DNA from: Octopus sinensis
Taxonomy: Eukaryota
DNA: 64,000 bases
Assembly: GCF_006345805.1 (NCBI RefSeq)
Contig: NC_043000.1
Coordinates: 18,600,001 to 18,664,000 of the forward strand
Direction of reading: 5' to 3'
Of this stretch, positions 1 through 12,529 are shown piece by piece. The notes below the pieces were generated by a model. That model was given only the letters and a program-made list of their open reading frames with translations, ran no database searches and was not told the origin of the DNA. A program made the translations under genes and the position numbers. Positions within the stretch are counted from its first letter, which is position 1, and every line of letters begins with the position of its first letter.

Positions 1-298
1 GACCAATGCCTTGTGAGCGGATTTGGTAGACGGAAACTGAAAGAAGCCTGTCGTATATATATATATGTATGTGTGTGTATGTTTGTGTGTATGTGTTTGT
101 CTCCCTAGCATTGCTTGACAACCGATGCTGGTGTGTTTATGTCCCCGTTACTTAGTGGTTCGGCAAAAGAGGCCGATAGAATAAGTACTGGGCTTACAAA
201 GAATAAGTCTCAGGGTCGAGTTGCTCGATTAAAGGCGGTGCTCCAGCATGGCCACAGTCAAATGACTGAAACAAGTAAAAGAGTAAAGAGTAAGAGTA
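1..298 (+). mobile_element. SINE-A (tRNA-derived SINE with internal TA/TG microsatellite), 5'-truncated by window edge
   Basis: Matches more than 20 other copies in the window (gtggatttggtagacggaaactgaaagaagc ... ggcggtgctccagcatggcc ... gtaaaagag tail). Confidence 0.85.
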
Positions 299-317
299 AT
301 TCTATCATGTATCATAG

Positions 318-509
318 GCGCAGACAAGGCTGTGTGGTAAGAAGCTTGCTTCCCAGCCACATGGTTCTAGGTTCAGTTCCACTACGTAGCACCTTGCTCA
401 AGTGTCTTCTACTATAGTTTTGGGCTGACCAAAGTCTTGTGAGTGGATTTGGTAGAAGGAAACTGAAAATAGCCCATTGTGTGTATATACACATACACAC
501 ACACACACA
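318..509 (+). mobile_element. SINE-A 5' half
   Basis: ggctgtgtggtaagaagcttgc A-box-like and ggttcagttcc B-box-like head; same body as other copies. Confidence 0.75.
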
Positions 510-814
510 TTTTTTTTATGCACCCTTTTCAAGCCTAGCCAGGCTCAAGGGCCCGGTTTCCCGGTTTCTGTGGTGTATGTGTTACCCCCAGCTGGACAGG
601 ATGCCAGTCCATCGCAGCATTACTCAAGAAACAGGAAGAGGGAGTGAGAGAAAGTTGGGGCGAAAGAGTACAACAGGAGCTGCCACCACCCCCTGCCGGA
701 GCCTCGTGGAGCTTTGGGTGTTTTCACTCAATAAACACACACAACGCCTGGTCTGGGAATCGAAACTGCGATCCTCCGACCATGAGTCCGCTGCCCTAAC
801 CACTGGGCCATTGC
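510..814 (-). mobile_element. SINE-B head/body with alternative tail 1
   Basis: Reverse complement has the SINE-B tRNA head (atggcccagtggttagggcagcggactc), but after ctctcactc it continues with a different tail (ctgcgatggactggcatcctgtccag...) ending in poly-A. Confidence 0.75.
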
Positions 815-849
815 AAATCCATACACATATATATATATATGTGTGTGTG

Positions 850-1023
850 TGCTAGTGCCACATAAAAAGCACTGAGTCCATTCTGCCAAGTGGTTGGTGG
901 TTTTAGGAAGGGCATCTAACCGTAAAAACCCTGCCAAAATAGAGTAGCATAGGGTAGTTTTTCTACCTGGCTAGGTCCTGTGAACCATCCTAACCACGCA
1001 TGCGTGGAAGATGGATATTAAAC
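850..1023 (+). mobile_element. RTE LINE 3'-tail copy (family D)
   Basis: ttaggaagggcatc...ggacattaaacgatgatgatg; homologous to 9050-9216, the 3' end of the RTE element. Confidence 0.7.
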
Positions 1024-1039
1024 GATGATGATGATGATG

Positions 1040-1255
1040 ATGATGTGTGTGTCTGTTTATCACCCTGCCATCACTTAACAACCAATGCTTGTGTATTTAT
1101 TTTCCTGTAACTTAGCAGTGTGGTAAAAGAGTGATAGAATCAGTGCTAGGCTTACAAAGAGTAAGTCCTGGGGTCAATTTCTTTGACTAAAACTTTTTAA
1201 GGTGGTGCTCCAGCATGGCTGCAGTCAAATGATTGAAACAAGTAAAAGAGTAAAG
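1040..1255 (+). mobile_element. SINE-A 3' half (diverged)
   Basis: ggtggtgctccagcatggctgcagtcaaatgattgaaacaagtaaaagag tail. Confidence 0.7.
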
Positions 1256-1638
1256 ACCAACCAAATAACAGAAGTTGCGAACTGCTCAGATGTCTCATGT
1301 GGTACATTGCTTCATGTGAATCCCTTGGAACACTTGGGTGCACCTAAAGGTGAGTCTGTTAATCTTACAAGAGACTAAATTACACCTAAGGTGAAACCAT
1401 TTTATATATGCACTGTTCAGTTGCAGTTGACTGCTTTTCACCATTCAATACAATGCAGAACTGGAGGGCTTTCAAAAGAGGTATGTGTGTGGCTGTGTGG
1501 TCAAGAAGCTTGCTTCCCAACTTTGTGGTTTCAGGTTCAGTCCAATTGCACAGAACCTTGGGTAAATGTTTTCTATTACAGCAGTGGGTTGATCAAAGCT
1601 TTGTAAGTGGATTTGGCAGATGGAAATTGTATGTGTAC

Positions 1639-2052
1639 GCGGCGAGCTGGCAGAAATGTTAGCGAGCCGGGCGAAATGCTTAGCGGTATTTCATCTGCCG
1701 TTACATTCTGAGTTCAAATTCCATTGAGGTCGACTTTGCCTTTCATCCTTTTGAGGTCGATAAATTAAGTACCAGTTACGCACTGGGGTTGATGTAATCG
1801 ACTTAATCTGTTTGTCTGTCCTTGTTTGTCCCATCTGTGTTTAGCCCCTTGTGGGTAGTAAAGAAATAGGTATTTCATCTGCTGTTACATTCTGAGTTCA
1901 AATTCTGTTGAGGTCGACTTTGCCTTTCATCCTTTTGGGGTTGATAAATAAAGTACCAGTTACGAACTGGGGTCGATATAATCAATTTAATACCTTTGTC
2001 TATCTTTGTTTGTCCCCTCTATGTTTAGCCCCTTGTATGCAATAAAGAAATA
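1639..2052 (+). mobile_element. SINE-C with tandem duplication of its ~184-bp body (2 units)
   Basis: gcggcgagctggcagaa head, gagttcaaattcc B-box, gcctttcatccttt..ggtcgataaattaagtaccag core; unit repeated via the aaataggtatttc junction. Confidence 0.8.
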
Positions 2053-2810
2053 TATATGTGTACTCTTGTTTAGACATCAGGTGAAGGTTGTAAACAATTG
2101 TCATAGTCAAGCAGGCAAAATTGTTCATTTCCATTCTTCTGTAAAAAAAAAAATGTCTGGCCATGGGAAAATATGCACACAGATAGACATACACAAGCAC
2201 ACACATGATGGGCTTCCACACTGTTTCCATCAACCAAATCATTCACAAGGTATTGATTGGCCTGGGGCTATAGTAGAAGACACTTGCCCAAGGTGCTGCA
2301 CTGAAGGACCGAACTGGAAACCACATGGTTGCAAATATAATTTAGTTGGGTGTGTGGTTAAAAAGCAAGCTTGTTTTGCAGGTAAGCAAACCTCTTACTT
2401 GAATCTTGAATTCCTAATCATGAGTAATATCACCATTAATAACATGGTTTGATTTTACTATTAGTACACATAGTTTAGACAGCTTGTACAAACGAATACT
2501 TATTCTGCTGTGTAAAATGAGAGCAATGTCAAAATAATCTTTTCTATTATAGGTAAAGTGCCTGAAACATAGTGGGAGAGGCAAGTCGATAACATGAATC
2601 CCAGTACACAGCTGGTACTTGTTTTACTGACACCAAAAGGATGAGAGGCAAAGCTGACCTTGGCGAAATTTGAACTCAGAATGTAAAGAAGGGTGAAATA
2701 CTGCTAAGCATTTTGCCTAAAAATGCAAGATAATGTTTTTAGATTTTTTTAGAAATACAGCATTTGTGTCCATGGACAATCAAAACATTAGAATATTTCC
2801 CTTTTCTTAG

Positions 2811-2871
2811 CAAGACAGGGAGCATGTAAAAAGCATTGAAAGATATTTTATTGAACAAAAGGGAAAATATG
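2811..2871 (+). CDS. Candidate coding micro-exon (QDREHVKSIERYFIEQKGKY), product unknown
   Basis: Pyrimidine tract atttcccttttcttAG, open frame, donor G|gtaatt; no homology recognised. Confidence 0.25.
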
Positions 2872-2969
2872 GTAATTTATGAAAGTTAATATAATTTTGA
2901 TCTGTGCTAAATAAATCAAACATACAATAAAGTTGCTTCTGAGTGATAGCTACAGTTTTGTTTTGGGTT

Positions 2970-3000
<31 letters not shown>

Positions 3001-3055
3001 GGAGATGTACTTGCATAGCAAGTGACATGATCTGAGATAGTGTGCTGGAATGCAA

Positions 3056-3263
3056 ACAATTGCAGTGTGGAAGGTGTTTATAAGCCATTTAAGAAACACA
3101 CTGACAAAATTCTGTGCTGCAGCATGGAATTTTGTCAGTGAACAGGTCGTGGTCTCAAAGCGATGAAAATATTTTGGCAGATTAAATTCAAATGTTGAAG
3201 TGAATCTAACAGTTTTTGTGAGTTTCTTAAATGGTTTATAAACATCTTCCACACTGCAATTGT
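3056..3263. mobile_element. MITE-like fold-back element with nested hairpins
   Basis: ~44-bp terminal inverted repeats (acaattgcagtgtggaag... / ...cttccacactgcaattgt) plus inner palindrome 3098-3140. Confidence 0.6.
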
Positions 3264-3287
3264 TATATATATATATATATATATATA

Positions 3288-3574
3288 CCAGCAGTATCGC
3301 CCGGCGTTGCTTGGGTTTGTAAGGGAAATAACTATATAAGCATTTTTAGAGAGTTACTTCCCTTATATAATAGCAAAAAATGCATTAAAAATGGGAAAAA
3401 ATGATGCTAAATTTTTTTTTAAATCGTAGACTCATGCTAATACCCAGAAGGGCTCGATATGAATGACGGCTATAAGATACCCGGTTTTGGTTAAACTGCA
3501 CCGCAAAATGTGGGAGTAGTTAGGAATCTAAATCGTAGGAGACAGACACACAACTTGACTTTTATATATAAAGA
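3288..3574 (-). mobile_element. Non-autonomous Helitron (family H1)
   Basis: On minus: A|TCTTTATATATAAAAG start, 3' hairpin ccc..gcaacgccggg and CTGG|T end; homologous to 39422-40116. Confidence 0.8.
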
Positions 3575-3825
3575 TATACACAGACATCATCATCTTCATT
3601 TTAATGACCCTTCTCCATGCTTGCATAGGACAGACAGAATTCATTGAGGCAAATTGTCTGCAGTTGTCAACCCTCACCTGTTTCCAATATTTCTACGTGG
3701 CCAAACATGCTTTTACATAAAATTGGAAATTATAGTAATTAGTTTTATGACAATGATGCTCATTTACAACTATCACATGACGTCAAGAAAAAGACACACA
3801 TACAAATATATACCTCTATGTGCAT

Positions 3826-4134
3826 ATATCACACACATGATCACATGACCGACCAGACCATCAGATGTTGTCACACATCGCTGGTCACAATGCGTTCGCA
3901 TTGTTTTAGCCTTTGAATGACGCCACTCCGCTGGCTAAGCGAACAGGCTAACAGAGGAAAGAGTGGGAGAAAGAGTGGTGAAAGAGTACAGCAGGGATCA
4001 CCAACCCCTGCCGGAGCCTCGTGGAGCTTTTAGGTGTTTTCGCTCAATAAACACACACAACGCCCGGTCTGGGAATCGAAACCGCGATCCTATGACCGCG
4101 AGTCCGCTACCCTAACCACTAGGCCATTGCGCCT
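3826..4134 (-). mobile_element. SINE-B head/body with alternative tail 2
   Basis: Same structure as 40778-41072; tail gcattgtgaccagcgatgtg...catgtgat. Confidence 0.8.
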
Positions 4135-4159
4135 ATATATGTGTATGAATTGAGAGTGC

Positions 4160-4810
4160 CTCTCTAGTCACCATTGTCATCATTTAATGTCTGTTTTCCA
4201 TGCTGGCATGAGTTGGATAGTTTTATTGAGAACTGGTAAGATGCACCAGGTTCAAATCTGATTTGGCATGGTTTCTTAGGCTGGATGCCCTTCCTAATGC
4301 CAACCAATTCAAGAGTGTAGTGGGTGCTTTTCACGTGCCAGTTGTCTTGGTCACCTGTCGCTACCTCCATGAGGCCCAAAGCTTAAGCGGTACTTTATAC
4401 ATGCCAGTTATGTGACACTGACATTGGTCATAACTACAATTTTACTTGGCTTGATGAGTCTTCTCAAGCACAGCATATCGCCAAAGGTCTCAGTCACTTG
4501 TCATTGTCTCCATGAAGCCCAACATTCGAAGATCATGCTTCACCACCTTGTCCCATGTCTTCCTGGGTCTACCTCTTTCACAGGTTCTCTCCACTGTTAG
4601 GGTGTGACACTTCTTCACAGGCATCATACAATCTCCACCTGAGAGAGAGGCCCTTTGTTACTAACAGAAGTAGGAGGTCTCTGAACTTCGCCCAGCGTAT
4701 TCTTATTCTAGCAGATATCATCTTGGAGCATCCACTCCAACTACTGACTTGGTTACCTAGGTAACGGAAGCTATCAACTGCTTCTAGTTTTCCCCACTGG
4801 CATCTGATGC
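4160..4810 (-). mobile_element. Decayed RTE LINE 3' fragment (RT C-terminus plus tail)
   Basis: Minus translation KLEAVDSFRYLG...RIRWAKFRDLLLLLVTKGLSLR and GRPRKTWDKVVKHDL, homologous to 8100-8690 with an internal deletion. Confidence 0.8.
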
Positions 4811-4821
4811 TGTACATCTGT

Positions 4822-4878
<57 letters not shown>

Positions 4879-5140
4879 ATGGGCTTCTTTCAGTTTCTGT
4901 CTACCAAACCCATTTGCCCAAGGTGCCACGTAGAGGCACTGAACTCGAAACCATGTAGTTGGGAAGCACACTTCTTAACCACACAACCAGACCTATGCAT
5001 ATACATAAACATACAAATATATTCTTTTACTGGTCCCGTTTATCTGGCTGTAGTCATTCTGGGGTATTAATACTCATACAAATAAACTTCCCAGTTTTAC
5101 ACTTGGGCTAGCTAAGCATTCTTTTATAATATTCATAACA

Positions 5141-5505
5141 GGCATAGGAGTAGCTGTGTGGTAAGTAGCTTGCTTACGAACCATATGGTTCCGGGTTCAG
5201 TCCCACTGCATAGCACCTTGGGCAAGTGTCTTCTACTATAGCCTCGGGCTGACCAAAGCCTTGTGAGTGGATTTGGTAAACAGAAACTGAAAGAAGCCCA
5301 TCGTATATATATATGTATGTGTGTATATGTTTGTGTGTCTGTGTTTGTCACCCCAACCGATGCTGGTGTGTTTACGTCCCCCTAACTTAGCGGTTCGGTA
5401 AAAGAGACCAATAGAATAAGTACTGGGGCCGATTTGCTTGACTAAAAGGCGGTGCTCCAGCATGGCCACAGTCAAATGACTGAAACAAATAAAAGAGTAA
5501 AAGAG
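5141..5505 (+). mobile_element. SINE-A full length
   Basis: Complete head, internal microsatellite, and tail. Confidence 0.85.
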
Positions 5506-5775
5506 AAGACCAATCTCACCAAATACCAACTATGGGCTATTCATGAACATTGAACAGTTTAGTCAGATTACATAATTTGATTAGCAAGAACTGACATTTC
5601 ATAACATTGGAAAACAAAAATGTCATAACAATAACTACCTCACTCCAAAGTGGCTTTAGTCAACCACCAGTGAGTGGCATGTAGAAGACAAAGCTATAAA
5701 CTAACAATATATTTCCTAGATCATAAAAAGACAGGTCATGACATGAGTTGTCTATTGTACTTGCTGAAATTTAAA

Positions 5776-6155
5776 TGGAAGCACTCCGTCGGTTACGACG
5801 ACAAGGGTTCCAGTTGATCCGATTCAACGGAACAGCCTGCTCATGAAATTAACGTGTAAGTGGTTGAGCACTCCACAGTCACGTGTACCCTTAACGTAGT
5901 TCTCGGGGATATTCAGCGTGACACAGAGAGTGACAAGGCCAGCCCTTTGAAATACAGGTACAACAGAAACAGGAAGAGTGAGAGAAAGTTGTGGTGAAAG
6001 AGTACAGCAGGGATCACCACCATCCCCTGCCGGAGCCTCGTGGAGCTTTAGGTGTTTTCGCTCAATAAACACTCACAACACCTGGTCTGGGAATTGAAAC
6101 TGCGATCCTACGACCGCGAATCCGCTGCCCTAACCACTGGGCCATTGCGCCTCCA
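5776..6155 (-). mobile_element. SINE-B full length with target-site duplication
   Basis: Near-identical to other B copies; TSD ctgaaatttaaat on both sides. Confidence 0.9.
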
Positions 6156-6254
6156 CTGAAATTTAAATATTACTAACTTGACTCATATTTTTTTTTCTTT
6201 GCTGCGTAAATATTTCTAGCCATCTTTTCAATGCTCCTGCTATTAACTATCTTT

Positions 6255-6570
6255 TGTCTATGGCATTTTTTAGTCTCTGGACTGAGGCCATGCTGTGCAC
6301 TACCATGAAGAGTTTCAGTTGAATGAATTGACCTCAGTACTTTTTTAAAATTAAACCTGGTACTTATTCCATCAGTTGTCAAGCAGTGCTTGGGGTTACA
6401 CACACACAGAGAGCTTCTTTCACTTTCCAACTCCAAAATCCACTCACAAGGCTTTGGTCAGCCCAGGGTTATAGTTGAAGACACTAGCCCAAAGTGCTAC
6501 ACAGAAGGACTGAACCCGGAACCATGTGGTTGGGAAGCAAACTTCTTACCACATAGCCATGCCAGCACCT
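6255..6570 (-). mobile_element. SINE-A (diverged)
   Basis: Reverse-complement similarity to the SINE-A head and tail. Confidence 0.65.
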
Positions 6571-7497
6571 ATATATTAACAAAGTTTAATTAAACCCATC
6601 GCAATAGTTTATTTTTCCAGTCTTGCTTAATGACACTATGATTAACAGGAATTTCTGTTCAAAATTAGATCATAACAAAAAATGGGCCACTGAATTCCGA
6701 CATCAAGCATTTTGTCTGACTCTCTCTGTTATCCTCCCCATGTCAACCATATAATCATCACTGTCCTGTTACTCTCTTACTACATTCCTCAGCCTCCCTT
6801 AAATCTGCTCTTCAACCCTATCCAATTGTTAGACATTACCTACTTCCCCTTACCCATATCCTCTCACAAACCCCCATCCACTCCTAGCTCCTCTGTTTGC
6901 ACTCACTTCTGCTCACCTTGTATCTCGAGGTGCCACCTGGACACCTCATCACCACTTTGCAGCTACTAATGATTTCATTTCTCCCTTTTTCCTAAATGTG
7001 AGTAGCCCCGTAGCTCCCTTACAAGAAACTACTCTGCTTCACCCCTTTCTCTCATCATCATCATCATTGTTCGACCGTGTTCGAGACAATGGAATTTACC
7101 ACGCTATGCCAGACTTAACGGTCCATCATAGCATTACGGAGGTCCTGTTACTGGATGCCTGTATCCCTGGAGATTACATCAGGGTAGGAGAGTGTGCGCC
7201 CTCTGGTATTGTGAGTAGATGGCTTCCAGAGGAGAAGAGGAGAAATTGCCTCGTTTTCAGCTCTACAACAATGTCCAGCAAACTGGACCCTCCAGAACCT
7301 TTATCTGCTATGAAACCTTCTGCTCAGGTCTCATAGGCCTGCAAGCTGCATGGTGGCCTAACTATTACTGGTGTCATGAGAAAAGCACCCAGACACAGAA
7401 ACCATGTCAAAGCAGACACTGGGGCATGACGCAGTCATTGGACCACTGAATCTTGTCAAACCATCCAACTCATTCCAGTGTGGGACATGGACATTAA

Positions 7498-7721
7498 CCC
7501 TTCAGTGTTCAGATTACTCTGTTAAATGTAATGCTTTTTCACTCAAACTGTTTTGAATTAATCCTGCATTACCTTACAGCTTTGGGGTTTCAATGATGTG
7601 ATTGTTTATCGTTAGAATGTCAATGTAGGTTAGGTGTGAGAGGCTAGATGTGGCCAGTTTGAATGTAAAACGTAGCATATATTTGGGCCAGATATGGCTG
7701 GTTTAAACATAAAAAGAATAA
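7498..7721 (-). mobile_element. piggyBac-type MITE (diverged copy)
   Basis: ttaa|cccttcagtgttcagatt start; reverse-complement homolog of 10262-10471. Confidence 0.55.
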
Positions 7722-7967
7722 ATGGTGATGATGATGATGTTGTTCAGCCACAGGTCGGCCCTAACTGAGCAAACATATGGCAAAAAGGCATTCTAACTAT
7801 GACCATCTTGTCTTCATTTTTTTTGTTTCAGACAGTGGGGGTGTGATTTGCTAGAGAATTAGCTATTTTTAACAGGCTGATCGAATTTGTAGAGACTTTT
7901 ACTTTAATTTGGCAATAGGTTTATTTTGGCACCATGTCAGCCCTGATAAAGAATAGTCATTATTAAG

Positions 7968-8686
7968 CCCAACTAATTAGAGAGAGAGTTAGTTTAGATG
8001 AGATGCAGTTTGGGTTCGTGCCAGGGAAAAGTACCACTGATGCTATATTCCTGCTATATTCTGAGACCAACTTCTGTCACTTTCCAGGGAGAAAAACTAG
8101 AAATAGTTGATAGCTTCCGTTACCTAGATGACCAGGTCAGCAGCGGGGCGGGTGTGCTGAAAGTGTAACTGCTAGAGTAAGAATAGCTTGGGCAAAGTTC
8201 AGAGAGCTCGTACCTCTGCTGGTGACAAAAGGCCTCTCGCTCAGAGTAAAAGGCAGACTGTATGACGCGTGTGTACGAACAGCCATGCTACATGGCAGTG
8301 AAACATGGGCCGTGACTGCTGAGGATATGCGTAAGCTCGCAAGAAATGAAGCCAGTATGCTCCGATGGATGTGTAATGTCAGTATTCATACTCGACAGAG
8401 TGTAAGTACCTTGAGAGAAAAGCTGGACCTAAGAAGCATCAGATGTGGTGTGCAAGAGAGATGTTTGTGCTGGTATGGGCATGTGGCGAGAATGGATGAA
8501 GATAGTTGTGTGAAAAAGTGCCACACCCTAGCGGTTGAGGGAACCTGTGGAAGAGGCAGACCCAGGAAAACCTGGGACGAGGTGGTGAAGCACGACCTTC
8601 GAACTTTAAGTCTCACCAAGGAAATGACAAGAGACTGAGACCTCTGGAAGTATGCTGTGTGTGAGAAGACCCAGCAGGACAAGTGA
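7968..8686 (+). pseudogene. RTE-clade LINE reverse transcriptase, C-terminal part, internally deleted
   Basis: LDEMQFGFVPGKSTTDAIF; deletion; then DSFRYL...KGRLYDACVRTAMLHGSETWAV...WYGHVARMDE...GRGRPRKTW, typical RTE RT/thumb motifs; in-frame stop and deletion. Confidence 0.9.
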
Positions 8687-9216
8687 GACCATAACCCGTG
8701 GCCTTCTACATGGGATGTAGCCAGCCCACTTATGCATACCTTCCCTTCTTGGGACACAAAACTCTACTTGTGAAGACCTGTTGAGGCAAGTGAGAATCAG
8801 AATCGAAATCGATCAATGGAAATTGCAGCTGAGTTACCAGTGCCGGTGGCATGTAAGAGAACCATCCGAACGTGGCCCTTGCCAGCGCCGCCCCGACTGG
8901 CCTCGCGCCGGTGGCACGTAAAAAGCACCATCCGTTCGTGGCCGTTGCCAGTCCCACCCCGACTGGCCTCGTGCCGGTGGCACGTAAAAAGCACCATCCG
9001 TTTGTGCCCATTTGCCAGACTCGTCTGGCACCTGTGCCGGTGGCATGTAAAAAGCACCCACTACACTCATGGAGTGGTTGGCGTTAGGAAGGGCATCCAG
9101 CCATAGAAACATTGCCAGATCAGACTGGGCCTGGTGCAGCCTTCTGGCTTCCCAGACCCCAGTTGAACTGTCCAACCCATGCTGGCATGGGAAACGGACG
9201 CTAAACGATGATGATG
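7968..9216 (+). mobile_element. 5'-truncated RTE LINE with 3' UTR VNTR and (GAT)n tail
   Basis: RT fragment followed by 3' UTR, ~60-bp tandem units (8830-9050) and aaacgatgatgatg tail. Confidence 0.9.
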
Positions 9217-9226
9217 AAACCAAAGG

Positions 9227-9445
9227 AAGGCGGCAAGCTGGCAGAATCATTAGCACACTGGGCAAAATGCTTAGTGGTATTTCGTCTGCCACTATGCTTT
9301 GAGTTCAAATTCTACTGAGGTTGACTTTGCCTTTCATCCTTTTGGGGTCGATGAAATGAGTACCAGATATGCACTGGAGTTGATATAATTGACTAGCCCC
9401 CAGCCCCAAAATTTTCAAGGCCTTGTGCCTAGAGTAGAAATAATT
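9227..9445 (+). mobile_element. SINE-C (single unit, diverged)
   Basis: ggcggcaagctggcagaa head, gagttcaaattc, gcctttcatccttttggggtcgat core. Confidence 0.75.
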
Positions 9446-9716
9446 ATTTACAGACCAAAAGCAGTGGATTGGCAGTCATTAAAGTGTCAGGCAAAATGTT
9501 CGTTCCAGCTCCAACACACTGAGTTTAAAACCTCTTGAAGTCAAGTTTACTTTCCATCCTTCTATAGGCAATAAAACAGAAGATCAGTCAAGTACTGAGA
9601 CTGATTTGACACCCATTCCTTATGAAATTGCTCAACTTGCACCCAAATAAGAAATCATTATGAGCAAAGCAAAGTGGTAGAAACATTAGAATGTCAGACA
9701 AATGATTAGTGGTATT

Positions 9717-9935
9717 TCATCGTTTGTTTAACGTCCGCTTTCCATGCTAGCATGGGTTGTACGATTTGACTGAGGGCTGGCGAACCAGATGGCTGCACCA
9801 GGCTCCAATCTTGATCTGGCAGAGTTTCTACAGCTGGATGCCCTTCCTAACATCAACCACTCTAAGAGTGTAGTGGGTGCTTTTATGTGCCACCGGCACG
9901 GGGGGCAGTCAGGTGGTACTGGCAACGACCTCACT
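9717..9935 (-). mobile_element. RTE 3'-tail copy (family D)
   Basis: tttaacgtccgctttccatgctagcatgggttg...gctggatgcccttcctaac. Confidence 0.8.
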
Positions 9936-10096
9936 TGAAACTTTTCGACCTCGCTATATGGTATTTTATGTTCGGAGTTCAAACCTTTCTGGGATTAATA
10001 AAATATGTTACCAGTCAAGTACTGGAGTTGATATAATCAATTGTTCCCTTTTCCAACACTCAAGTCTGTGTGTCCATGTAACAAATCATTATTTAG

Positions 10097-10172
10097 AGAG
10101 CTATGACAGTAGGTGTTTGTTAAGGAAAGTGGTTTATGAATATGGGCTGCGTGCAACATATAATGATGTGAA
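10097..10172 (+). CDS. Candidate coding exon (SYDSRCLLRKVVYEYGLRATYNDV), product unknown
   Basis: tcattatttAG acceptor, one open frame, weak donor AA|gtgaag; phase-compatible with 2811-2871 and 16662-16711. Confidence 0.2.
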
Positions 10173-10261
10173 GTGAAGTGTTGTGTTTTTTATAATTTGT
10201 TATATAGATTTGGTGTCCAGGCAGGACCAACAGTCCATGATGAATCTAGTGTATTGTTTAA

Positions 10262-10471
10262 CCCTTTAACATTCAAACCGGCCAAAATATTTAACCTGTT
10301 TTATATTGAAACTGACCAGAGCTCGCCTCTCACCTCAGCCCTACCATGTCATTCTAAAACTAAAAAATCACATCACTGAAATCTCTAAACTACAAGATAA
10401 TACATGATTAATTCAAACCATTTTAAATAACCAAACATCACATTTGACAGAATAATCTGAACATTAAAGGG
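10262..10471 (+). mobile_element. piggyBac-type MITE
   Basis: TTAA|CCCTTTAACATTCA ... TGAACATTAAAGGG|TTAA: CCC/GGG TIRs with TTAA TSDs. Confidence 0.7.
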
Positions 10472-10729
10472 TTAATACTAAGGTTCTTGGTAAGAAAGAC
10501 AGTTGATTTGGTAGGTGGCACTTCAAGTCTGATGTTTTGGAGCCAAGTTCTTGGTTAGGTGTGGCCAACCTTTTTTGAGAAGTGAACCACATGAAGTATG
10601 GCGCATCATCAGGTATACTACACTACTAAGAAAAAAAAAAAAAGGTGTGCTATTCAAAAAGTCTTACAGGCTGTGGTTTGTCGAGGACTGTTCTTTGTAG
10701 AGTTGAAATAATGATGTGCTAATGGGACT

Positions 10730-10953
10730 ATCTCTGATGCTTTCTACCATTTACCATTGCCGGTGGCACATAAAAAACACCCACTACACTCTCGGAGTGG
10801 TTGGCGTTAGGAAGGGCATCCAGCTGTAGAAACACTGCCAGATCAGACTGGAGTCTGGTGCAGCCTTCTGGCTTCCCAGATCCCCAGTCGAACCGTCCAA
10901 CCCATGCTAGCATGGAAAACAGACGTTAAACGATGATGATGATGATGATGATG
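10730..10953 (+). mobile_element. RTE 3'-tail copy (family D)
   Basis: Near-identical to 9050-9216, with long (GAT)n tail. Confidence 0.85.
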
Positions 10954-11515
10954 AGCACACCAAGTATCAGTTATGCCCTTTACACTCTTTCTCAGGGACA
11001 ACTATGATCTTCTTGCCATCATCTCCAGCACCGTCCACTCATTCATAGATGATGCCACTCCTAATGTTCTGCACACAAGCATCAAGCACTTGATGCCCTG
11101 TACACAAGCATGCAACATCATCCACATGTAACCTGGACATCTTAAACCATAGTTGCACAACCTTCATGAACAAAAACCTCACAACATGAAGACACAACCA
11201 TTGTTCACATCAAAGAAACAGTCTTGTACCTCAAACTCTAGCCAAGGCCAATATGCAACTACAACCTTAAAAGTCGCTATAAATGTAAGGCAGGATAACC
11301 ACATGATCTCCCATGGTGACCTCATATTACAATACAAATAACAGCATCATAAACATTGGCCTTCCTCTTGAGCAGCAATTTATTCTGACCTCATCCTGTT
11401 GCCTCTAACAACATATCTAGAAATAGCACTTTCCTACACTCTCTACTCTTCTTCCATACTTGTTGAAATTATTCATTAAAGAATATGCAAACAGATTATT
11501 TAAATTAATTATGAT

Positions 11516-11881
11516 AAACATGGTTCTGGGTTCAGTCCCACTGCGTGGCACCTTGGGCAAGTGTCTTCTACTATAGCCTCGGGCTGACCAAAGCCTTGTG
11601 AGTGGATTTGGTAGACGGAAACTGAAAGAAGCCCGTCGTATATATCATCATCATATATATATGTATGTGTGTGTGTGTTTGTGTGTCTGTATTTGTCCCC
11701 CTAGCATTGCTTGACAACCGATGCTGGTGTGTTTATGTCCCCGTTACTTAGCAGTTCGGCAAAAGAGACCGATAAAATAAGTACTGGGCTTACAAAAGAA
11801 TAAGTCCCAGGGTCAAGTTGCTCGATTGAAGGCGGTGCTCCAGCATGGCCGCAGTCAAATGACTGAAACAAGTAAAGAGTA
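11516..11881 (+). mobile_element. SINE-A (5' clipped)
   Basis: Body and tail match the family. Confidence 0.8.
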
Positions 11882-12070
11882 AACACACATAATTTCAAAT
11901 GATATTTAGTGAGCTTTAAAGCATTAAAAGAAATAGTTTTAATACATTACCTTCAATAAACTTCAGCAATCTAACAATTTTTTATAGTCCATAGCACAAC
12001 TGAAAATAAACAATGTAAATAATCAGATTAATAATAATATTGATGATGATGATGATAATAATAATAATAA

Positions 12071-12528
12071 CTAGCAGCATAGCCCGGCATTGCCCGGGTA
12101 TGTAAGAGCCCCTAGTAGGCAAAGACTAATCCCAATCTAGTCCTTTCCCTCTAGGGAAAGAAGGCGCATGTGTAAGTTGCAATGTCTTCTCTTCACTCAA
12201 ATACTTCTGTGTATACGATATTCCTAGCTGTCCCTTTGGGCGAAAACATGAAAACATCATTGCGCCTCCCAACGCGTGAACAGCCCACGTACAGTCCAGA
12301 AAATGTGTTGCATATAAAAAGCTTAGATTCTCGACCCCATGTCGAATTTATCGATTTTTTCAGAACTGGGGGAAACTTTTAAAAATTTTCGCTGCGATAG
12401 TTTTGAATTATGACATTGGGCTATGTGTGTGTCAAGTTTCATCAGAATCGGTTGAAAGCCGTGGTCAGGGTGAGGGTACAACCTGACAGACACACAGACA
12501 CACAAACTGCCGTTTATATAGAGAGAGA
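12071..12528 (-). mobile_element. Non-autonomous Helitron (second family H2)
   Basis: On minus: A|TCTCTCTCTATATAAACGG start; 3' hairpin cccgggcaatgccggg then CTAG|T. Confidence 0.75.
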
Positions 12529-12529
12529 T

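Noticed and set aside
6181-6240. Minus-strand exon ending CAA|gttagt
   Set aside because: No pyrimidine tract; the upstream sequence is a SINE-A tail, so support is too weak.
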